Positions 18,901 through 25,129 of a DNA stretch of 32,473 bases are shown piece after piece. A program made the translations under genes and the position numbers. Source of the stretch: a virus (Duplodnaviria > Caudoviricetes); the IMG/VR virus record IMGVR_UViG_3300012231_000034, positions 1 to 32,473 of that record, one strand, 5' to 3'. Each line of letters opens with the position of its first letter. Position 1 is the stretch's first letter. Under the pieces are notes generated by a model. The model saw only the letters and a list, made by a program, of their open reading frames with translations, was not told where the DNA came from and did not search any database.

Positions 18901-19912
18901 AACCAGTATTGTTACGCAAGTCCATCGTACTGCTATCACTACGTAAATACATGATAGGCATCGATGGTGCCGTATCATAGAAAACGTTTCTGTTGAAAGC
19001 GATGCTAGCGTTATGATCATTATATAGCAGCTTCCCAGGAGTATCATAACCAATCAAATCACGAAAGATATTATCTTGCACCTTATTGAGTGTCGGGTTC
19101 GGTTGTAAGTTGCGTACATTTGCTACTAACCCAACAGATGAATCGTTCGTAATTCTACCAGGCCCGTTTGTCGTACAGCCTTCAACTATATTATGATGAA
19201 CATTAATATCATACGCGGTATCTTTTAAGTCCCACACCTGACTTGTACAATCTTGTAACAGATTTCCATAGTATTCAAAACGCTCAGTCTTAATGCCTGC
19301 AACGCTCGAATTAGTCCCAACATAAAACACTTCTGAAGTTGGTAAACTTGTATTGTATCCAGTGCCGTTGACGTTATTGTAGCGAAATTTAAAATCTGTC
19401 TGCGCAACACCGCCACCAGCATAAATGCCCATGGCACCCATCTTATAGCATTGGTTATCCTCAAAAGTTATATACTGCTTGGCTGGAGTACCACCAATAC
19501 CCATACAAGTGCCGCCAGTTACTCCACTTCCATGTCCTTCTACTCTAAATCCACGTATTGTAGTAAAACTGCGCTCAACTCTAAATGCACCGGCACTAGC
19601 TACTGGCTGGATGATTGCTTGACGACGAAATTGAGATCGAAGAACCCACCGTGAAGTATTTGAATTACCACCTTTCTGAATTTGAAATTCTACCCAATTC
19701 GGATATATACCAGGCTTGAATATGAGTTCTTCTGCTGCACCATTTACACCTACCGCATAAGCACGATCTCTAGTGCAAGCCGTTGCTGAAGTTAGACAAT
19801 CGCCTGTTGTCAGCCCACCAGATGGAGCTATCCAACGATTTGCTGCTTCAATAGGTTTAACATCAAAACAGCTAATGATAGTCAAAAACAAGAAAAATAA
19901 CAGCTTACTCAT
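15944..19912 (-). CDS. Large secreted-type protein with three parallel beta-helix modules
   Basis: 1322 aa. Signal-peptide-like start MSKLLFFLFLTIISCF. Repeated module heads YISTTGSDSNSCAAAQNISTPK and YVATNGNDSHTCEQAQNVNTPK, Asn/Gly-rich NN-ladders, Pro-rich linkers, and choice-of-anchor-Q-like ends (DPRF...RPQGSAWDIGAYE; DPMF...DFRLQSASP). Confidence 0.85.
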   Translation of the reverse strand: MSKLLFFLFLTIISCFDVKPIEAANRWIAPSGGLTTGDCLTSATACTRDRAYAVGVNGAAEELIFKPGIYPNWVEFQIQKGGNSNTSRWVLRSQFRRQAIIQPVASAGAFRVERSFTTIRGFRVEGHGSGVTGGTCMGIGGTPAKQYITFEDNQCYKMGAMGIYAGGGVAQTDFKFRYNNVNGTGYNTSLPTSEVFYVGTNSSVAGIKTERFEYYGNLLQDCTSQVWDLKDTAYDINVHHNIVEGCTTNGPGRITNDSSVGLVANVRNLQPNPTLNKVQDNIFRDLIGYDTPGKLLYNDHNASIAFNRNVFYDTAPSMPIMYLRSDSSTMDLRNNTGCNTSGTITDEDGGTLEALTSGTSLNLAQSFCNSEVQRIIGGIAVRPVIATAEVGLVAVNKIRIVLTNASRAAIDGAEMVGNTTRIAAVNHALCTLSGMTPARTITASAVVGLNTIDFTLSGNADSDDVPLLSCSAAAFKNTGEIGDAWISDLATSAAITNQPVTNNIKTPVVPPAAPIQFYISTTGSDSNSCAAAQNISTPKLNLIGGSGVLSCLVPARGDIVNIRAGTYSDAITSVVSGTSFDNAATIRAYSGETVTLTGGIALEGPSYVKFQDLKITTNSIWVGSTFGDGSNAGHHIRFTNIDASGAGTSFNIVEFNRWTHHNEWIGGTVHSADQGAYAFYVSGDDNLFDHVTVRDNSAFGFHIFSAYPQLPDRNVVQFSTLYNNGTLKNINTTVTSAILLGSGDNNQAYGNLVYRNGGDGIATSNGATNSKIYNNVVYGNNTTKTSYGGIVWGTGSSTRISNNIAYQNGVGDFVDSHSVQTPTFGNNFCTNAGTGCALSGDPRFANVAANDYRLCTAAGAPYPTCSGLSPALNTGGALGSPYNVDIVGIERPQGSAWDIGAYESIIAPVVPPPSIPPPLPPSTTGKIYYVATNGNDSHTCEQAQNVNTPKATIFVKGNGAGYCVVGGRGDQVQIRGGTYNDGISSGYIGNAWSQSVLPSGTSWGDALTFKPYNNEVVILKPNGLFSGAFTFTVPTKYVIVENLILDGTDCGSACDGVVNGNTTVSYIRFLNVEVRNANCVLVGWGGHYSEFIGGSYHDTVINNCGGKFASGSGYGWYMTGSYNLVERVKCYNIAGYCVHNYLNCGNNPNCVWGSNGNNTYRYMEVFNNALDTSVNFFAGMVLGSGDNIKAHNNVVYGHVNGGGIACGNGATNCKVWNNTIVNNGRDCISWHNSNGGDYRNNICKGNGANLVAYDSSSYTASNNRGDSSGIGISTTADPMFINEGANDFRLQSASPMKNGGIDVSLPCSGACAIGAFDPAEIK

Positions 19913-19998
19913 CTAATATCTCTTTCTACACCCCTTCATATCACGATTTCAAGGCCCTCCACAGCCTCCAGGACGAACGCAGCGTTAAAAGTAAGGGG

Positions 19999-20196
19999 TT
20001 AGCCTACCTTCTCTATTGCTGCGATGATTTCTTCGATTTTATAGCCCTCCCTTTCTAATGTTGCTGAATGTATTCCAACAGCATATACTTTCTTGTTCCT
20101 TGTTGCAGTCACTAATGCTTTAAACGTATTATCAAACATCAATGCTGCAACTCTCTTAGGGTCAACCAACACTTTCACTATCTGTATGTCACCCAT
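19999..20196 (-). CDS. Hypothetical protein
   Basis: 65-aa ORF with a purine-rich upstream sequence. Confidence 0.5.
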   Translation of the reverse strand: MGDIQIVKVLVDPKRVAALMFDNTFKALVTATRNKKVYAVGIHSATLEREGYKIEEIIAAIEKVG

Positions 20197-20208
20197 TCAT
20201 AAACCCCC

Positions 20209-20901
20209 TTACATGATGTGACCACAATTAGTACATGCAAAACTTGCTGCACCGCCAATTGCCTTATCAAGCAAAACTAATCTAGCCTTAGCATTTTCAA
20301 GTTCTTTCTCTAACTCTTGATATGATTTCCACTTACCACCAGAGCAACGCATAGCAATAAACCGTTTACAGTTAGCAAACATTTCATGTGGATTGCCAAT
20401 ACAGATATCTGGCTCGATACCATCGCCCAACACCTTGTATAAATCAATGTCGTCTACCCAACACCTGTCATCTGCCTTAGCGTCGCGATGCTCTCGTATG
20501 GCGTTCTCTAACTCTATCACTCTCTTTGATAACCTAATATTAGACTTGGATGATCTAGTTACATTAGCCTCTAACTCTTTCCAGCAAGTAGAACAGTGAA
20601 AATCTAAATCACCTTCGCCGCGACTATGCGTAGTCGGTCCGCAACGAGCACACTCCTCATGTACCCCAAAAAATTTGCGTAGTTCTGGAACTATCCTATC
20701 CAAGTCCTCAGGTATCTTCCATATGCATGCCGCTGTATCACCCCAATATATCGTCATTGCTCCTTGATGATACCCAAGTGAATAGTTTTTCTCTTTGTCT
20801 ATGCCGTTCTTAGCTAGATACGCAATCGTTTCAATCGTCCAACTTTTACTATGCCCATACATATCTGCAAACTCATTGCCACCTGTATAATCTTCCATCA
20901 C
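20209..20901 (-). CDS. Hypothetical protein with Cys pairs and coiled coils
   Basis: 230 aa; CARC, CSTC, CTNC; ELENAIREHRD...DDRCWVDD. Confidence 0.65.
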   Translation of the reverse strand: MMEDYTGGNEFADMYGHSKSWTIETIAYLAKNGIDKEKNYSLGYHQGAMTIYWGDTAACIWKIPEDLDRIVPELRKFFGVHEECARCGPTTHSRGEGDLDFHCSTCWKELEANVTRSSKSNIRLSKRVIELENAIREHRDAKADDRCWVDDIDLYKVLGDGIEPDICIGNPHEMFANCKRFIAMRCSGGKWKSYQELEKELENAKARLVLLDKAIGGAASFACTNCGHIM

Positions 20902-21231
20902 TCACCCCTTACTTATTATTGGGTCTTGTATAGGAACTGACTCCATCAGTTCATCATCTTCTGGTTCCTTCTTGTACTGGCCGCACCAATTGTTAGTGCG
21001 AACTGTAGGAAATCCTTCATTCTCATTAGGTGGATTAAGACGACACGCTCCAAATCTATCGCCTTCATCTGCAAAGAAAAACTTACATGAACCACACGAC
21101 TCACCCTTGCCGTTACCAATCATTCTAGCCACTTGTTTCTCCTTATTAGTTTTCCAAATATTATCACACAATTCATCGTCATGAAAATCAACATCCTTAC
21201 CACAGTTCCTACACAGTATGCCTGAACTCAT
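20902..21231 (-). CDS. Cys-rich hypothetical protein
   Basis: 109 aa; CGSCKFF...GACRLNPP...FPTV...WCGQY, a common small phage Cys-rich pattern. Confidence 0.65.
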   Translation of the reverse strand: MSSGILCRNCGKDVDFHDDELCDNIWKTNKEKQVARMIGNGKGESCGSCKFFFADEGDRFGACRLNPPNENEGFPTVRTNNWCGQYKKEPEDDELMESVPIQDPIISKG

Positions 21232-21503
21232 TTTCCCTCCGTAATTCCTGGCTGCTTCATAGTCGGGCTAGAGGCAGCAAACTCTTTAAACTTCTCTATC
21301 ATATCTTCCATACTCTGCTTCTGGTAGTCCGTACAGCCATTGTCGATACACAACTGCTGATAAAACTCTAATGCTGGTACGGCTAGATAGTCACGAGCAC
21401 GAAACAGGAACATCGGTTCATCCATCGGTACTTCTTGACCATTACCTGTCTTGATAATCCTACCATCATCTGTTACATGGTATTTGGTATCTATCAATCT
21501 CAT
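21228..21503 (-). CDS. Hypothetical phage protein (DEPxFxxRAxD motif)
   Basis: 91 aa; ATGA overlaps at both ends. Confidence 0.65.
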   Translation of the reverse strand: MRLIDTKYHVTDDGRIIKTGNGQEVPMDEPMFLFRARDYLAVPALEFYQQLCIDNGCTDYQKQSMEDMIEKFKEFAASSPTMKQPGITEGK

Positions 21504-21616
21504 TTGCTTCTCCGTTTCTTTTCGTTACGTTCTGTTGAAGTCATCACTGGGATGGGACCACTTCTCTTACGTCTAAACCTTCTATGCTTCTTTGCTTTGC
21601 TATACGCGTGGCTCAT
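21500..21616 (-). CDS. 38-aa highly basic microprotein (below the ORF-track cutoff)
   Basis: MSHAYSKAKKHRRFRRKRSGPIPVMTSTERNEKKRRSK. Exactly fills the gap, with ATGA overlaps at both ends and a GAGGAG RBS. Confidence 0.65.
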   Translation of the reverse strand: MSHAYSKAKKHRRFRRKRSGPIPVMTSTERNEKKRRSK

Positions 21617-21810
21617 ACTGTCTCCTCATCTGGTTCTTCTCCAACTGCCTCTAACAACTTGCCTTTTCTCAACTGTTGCAATGTTATCTTAAAGCCTTCC
21701 AACACTTTCTTTTCATCCTCATCTAACTGAGCCTCAAGAATCTCAAGTGCTTCTTCTACAGTTATTGACTTACCTTCCTTCAACTGTCTTGTCTGATGCT
21801 TCGATAACAT
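21613..21810 (-). CDS. Small Glu-rich protein with repeated [LVI]xE[AG] sites
   Basis: 65 aa; RBS GGAGGTG. Confidence 0.7.
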   Translation of the reverse strand: MLSKHQTRQLKEGKSITVEEALEILEAQLDEDEKKVLEGFKITLQQLRKGKLLEAVGEEPDEETV

Positions 21811-21820
21811 ATCACCTCCA

Positions 21821-22069
21821 TCAATTCTTAGTAGGAGTACCTATTAGTTCTCCTTCAGTTACAGGTATCATCAAATCTTGAACGCTAGTCGCATCACAAT
21901 AAGGCGCACGACGGTGATGATCCTCCTTAATCCCGTTACCAACAACACTATTCATCCATTGTATTACATTCTGACCAGCTTCTCTGATAGGCACGTCGAC
22001 GCCAACCTTCTTTAAGCCACACCTGTTACACGAATACTTTATCCCAATCGTAATCTCTATTACAGCCAT
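21821..22069 (-). CDS. Small Cys/His-containing hypothetical protein
   Basis: 82 aa; CNRC; RBS AGGAGG. Confidence 0.65.
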   Translation of the reverse strand: MAVIEITIGIKYSCNRCGLKKVGVDVPIREAGQNVIQWMNSVVGNGIKEDHHRRAPYCDATSVQDLMIPVTEGELIGTPTKN

Positions 22070-22074
22070 ATAAT

Positions 22075-22095
22075 CCTCCTACTATACATAACGCT
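22075..22095 (-). repeat. 21-nt motif AGCGTTATGTATAGTAGGAGG, copy 2
   Basis: 20/21 identical to 15918-15938. Confidence 0.75.
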
Positions 22096-22097
22096 AT

Positions 22098-23726
22098 TCA
22101 GTATTTCACACTACGCTTGTAACCCTTACGAGCTAGGTCACTGTACCATCGTATGGTAGGATGCAACCCTTCAAACTCATACGAGTCAGCCGTTCTAGTA
22201 TCTGGGTTGATGATGAACGTCAGCGTCTTAGTTTTGTATTTGTGTCCTGTCAACCGCTCAACTTCTTTCTGCAACGCCATCTTACGTGCGATGATCTTAC
22301 CTTCCTTACCACGATTGTACATCAACTTCGCACTAACCGTAGCGCGGTTAAGGAACAGTTTCTCTGCTTGCGACGGCTCACCCTTAGTCAGTCTCCACTT
22401 CTGCACGTCACGAGCGTTACTGATTGCACCAGCCTTAATCTCGTATAGCGTCTTAGTCTTTGTATTGATTACATCATACGCTAGATTGTTTCTAGTCTGA
22501 CCCAGTACATTTCCAAGAGGCACACCACCTTTGAGTTTGATAGCTAACTGCTCTCCGATCTTACCGATCTGAGTCTTGCTCAACGTGATCTTTGTTTGTA
22601 TAGGAGTTGTATTATCTGGATCGTATTGCTTCTCACCAGATTGTAGCTTGTCTTTTGTATCTCTTACAAAAGCATCAACATCCTCTATCTTACCTGTTTT
22701 GCTATCGCGGCGCTTATGCGCTTTGACTCGTACCATCTTCTCTGCTAAGACACGCATTGCTGCACTAACTCTAATTGCTTCCTTCAATTTCTTTGCATGC
22801 ACAATACTCTTTATAACCTTCTCTATCTCACTTGGTAGCTTACCCTTAGTGCCATAGTTCTTATGGGTATATGCTGCAAACGCTTCAGAAAACGCTTCAT
22901 TGTAATTTACACTACCATATTCAGAGATATTGTCTTTAAGCCATTGTCGCCGCTGAGTACCTTTAGTATCATCCAATCCATCTAACTTCATATGATGGCT
23001 TACAGCACGCATAAAAGCTGAATCGTCAACTCTAGTAAGCCATGAAATATGATGTCCAATCTCATGACGAAATGCTCCTTCAAAAGTAGTATCTGTTAAG
23101 TAAGCACCACTACCAATCTGGTGGCGCATAGGAGCAAGACGATCTCTTACTGTAGACACAATTATCTTACCATGGTAATCATACAGTCCACCGCCATCTT
23201 CCATGCTGTAATCCTTACCAGACTCAGCGTCTACAATCGTAACCTTAATTTTATCCTTTTTCAACAATTCAGCAAGACCTTCATATTTCTCCATCAATCT
23301 TTTGTACTCTCTATCCAAAGTTCCTTTCAATGAGTTGCCTCGCCAAGTACCATCTTGAACATCGAACTCTAAATCAGGAATTTTTCTTTGATGCTGCTTA
23401 ACAGAACCAATAAATCCCTTCTTTGATATACGCCGATGTCGCTTGACTTTAGTGGTGGCTTCTTCTAATCCTGGCCACTCATCCTTAGACATGACGGTGG
23501 TAGGATACATCTTAGGGTCTGTAACTAATATGCTTTCTTGCACTACCTCTGGAACTTCATACCCATTTCGATATGCCCAAGATTGCAACATATCATTAGG
23601 CATAGGGCGCCATCTACCAACTACATACGTATCACCTTTCTGTGCTCCCTTAGTCAATACGATTGTATCTGGTACTGTAACCATCTCCTGTTCACCAGTG
23701 TCTATTCTTGTCAGTTCAATATCCAT
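22098..23726 (-). CDS. Multidomain protein: leader / tag + zincin-like metallopeptidase / tag + PD-(D/E)xK-like nuclease
   Basis: 542 aa. FRHEIGHH...ISEYGSVNYNEAFSEAF (HExxH plus downstream E). GKIGEQLA...YDVIN...LYEIKAG (restriction-endonuclease-like D...ExK). Two tag copies. Confidence 0.75.
   Translation of the reverse strand: MDIELTRIDTGEQEMVTVPDTIVLTKGAQKGDTYVVGRWRPMPNDMLQSWAYRNGYEVPEVVQESILVTDPKMYPTTVMSKDEWPGLEEATTKVKRHRRISKKGFIGSVKQHQRKIPDLEFDVQDGTWRGNSLKGTLDREYKRLMEKYEGLAELLKKDKIKVTIVDAESGKDYSMEDGGGLYDYHGKIIVSTVRDRLAPMRHQIGSGAYLTDTTFEGAFRHEIGHHISWLTRVDDSAFMRAVSHHMKLDGLDDTKGTQRRQWLKDNISEYGSVNYNEAFSEAFAAYTHKNYGTKGKLPSEIEKVIKSIVHAKKLKEAIRVSAAMRVLAEKMVRVKAHKRRDSKTGKIEDVDAFVRDTKDKLQSGEKQYDPDNTTPIQTKITLSKTQIGKIGEQLAIKLKGGVPLGNVLGQTRNNLAYDVINTKTKTLYEIKAGAISNARDVQKWRLTKGEPSQAEKLFLNRATVSAKLMYNRGKEGKIIARKMALQKEVERLTGHKYKTKTLTFIINPDTRTADSYEFEGLHPTIRWYSDLARKGYKRSVKY
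23385..23444. repeat. 60-bp perfect direct repeat, copy 2 (copy 1 at 2308-2367)
   Basis: Base-by-base identical over 60 nt, with mismatches immediately on both sides. Confidence 0.95.
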
Positions 23727-23734
23727 TTAGACTC

Positions 23735-25129
23735 CTATTCATCCATCTCAATGCTAGGCTCGATGAACTTCCTATAGCTCTTCCAGTAGTTCTTATTGTG
23801 AACGCCAGAGATTACATCGTTGATAGAATTGAACACTCTCTTGAATCTAGCATTTTTTGCCTTACCACCAGCCGACATGTACGCCATGTATGATTCTGCG
23901 AAAGCTTCATGTGTTCCTTCGCGCGAATAACGAGTGAACCTATCAAAGCTTCTGTCGCTCATAGTATTGGCTACCCAGTTAGGTGCATTCTTGCTGTGGT
24001 AGTATGCCGAATGCCCTATCTCATGATCCAACACCGAACGCCAACCGAACGTACGCACAGTATCACGATTCAGAATTATCATACCGTTCTTCTCGCTATA
24101 GAACCCAGCAACGCCTTTAGCACCACTAGAGTCATCAGCATTCGCAACCTTCCACGCTTTAGCGAAGTTGTTCCCACCCAATACGCCAATAACTGGAATA
24201 TTCTTTAGTATCTTCTCATCATGTCGCTCAAGTATCTTTCTGATCGTCGTTTCTTCAATCTTTGTAACACCTATCAACTTCAACTTCTGTGCTGTTTTGT
24301 TCTCACGAGTATAGGTATTGACGAACTGTTGACGACCTTTACGCACACGAGCATGTGCCTTCACTCTCACTTGGGCTTCTGATAGTTTCTTTTTCTTAAG
24401 AAATAAATGATTAATTGGTAATGGTATATACACCTTAGTGAAAGATGTCACTGTCTCATTAACGTCTACAGTTCTTTTAATGACTGGCATGTGTACTCCC
24501 ATCTTAGGAGTAAGACCATAAAAGTGAATTTTCTTAAACCATTTTGGATTAACCTCCTTCAATATAAAAGCATTACCACTTTCTACACGCTTATCTTTCT
24601 CCATGTTAATGTTAGTTGGTACATGTGCTTCAATGACAGCCCAAGTCGTTTTAGGATTTACTGCAGCACTAATTGCTTTAGGATTGTAAGAAGCAGCAGC
24701 CTTACCAAAATCAATAGCTTCTTTTAAACTCTTAGAGACATATACTACATCCTCTGGCTTATCATCTAAATTCCAATTCCAATTGCTATAGTTCTGAGGT
24801 ATCAAACCTTTAGCAAGTATAGAATCTAATACACTATCCCTCGTACCATGGTACACAACTGTTCGTGTATGGGCATCTACATCTTCTATCTTACCAGTTT
24901 TAGTTTTCCTCTGATGTGCTTTTACCTTAACCTCAGCTTCCAACACATCAAGATCGTACGATACATCAGCTAGTGTTGATTCTTTCATAGACTTCTTAGG
25001 TTCGTGGAACTCTGGGAACGCCAAACCCTTCTTACGCATAGCCTTGACTATAGCATCCTCATTGCGAAACAGTTCTACATGAAAGCCAGCACTATCCTTA
25101 GACAACATCTTAGATTGTTGCTCAAGCAT
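23735..25129 (-). CDS. Multidomain protein: leader / tag + ART/KptA-like NAD-dependent domain / tag + zincin-like metallopeptidase
   Basis: 464 aa. VYHGT...SILAKGLIP...VVYVSKSLKEAIDFG (ART-fold H-G-T and Y-x-S motifs). AGFYS...VLDHEIGHS...FTRYSREGTHEAFAESY. Two tag copies. Confidence 0.75.
   Translation of the reverse strand: MLEQQSKMLSKDSAGFHVELFRNEDAIVKAMRKKGLAFPEFHEPKKSMKESTLADVSYDLDVLEAEVKVKAHQRKTKTGKIEDVDAHTRTVVYHGTRDSVLDSILAKGLIPQNYSNWNWNLDDKPEDVVYVSKSLKEAIDFGKAAASYNPKAISAAVNPKTTWAVIEAHVPTNINMEKDKRVESGNAFILKEVNPKWFKKIHFYGLTPKMGVHMPVIKRTVDVNETVTSFTKVYIPLPINHLFLKKKKLSEAQVRVKAHARVRKGRQQFVNTYTRENKTAQKLKLIGVTKIEETTIRKILERHDEKILKNIPVIGVLGGNNFAKAWKVANADDSSGAKGVAGFYSEKNGMIILNRDTVRTFGWRSVLDHEIGHSAYYHSKNAPNWVANTMSDRSFDRFTRYSREGTHEAFAESYMAYMSAGGKAKNARFKRVFNSINDVISGVHNKNYWKSYRKFIEPSIEMDE

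Noticed and set aside
19841-19858. KPIEA in the 1322-aa protein as another maturation-protease site
   Set aside because: It has Pro rather than L/V at the -3 position and no tag follows. It is better explained as the end of a signal peptide.
2308-23444. 60-bp repeat as a prophage attL/attR pair or a DGR template/variable repeat
   Set aside because: Both copies are in-frame inside genes and flank essential capsid genes. No integrase, tRNA or reverse transcriptase is visible, and there are no adenine-specific mismatches.
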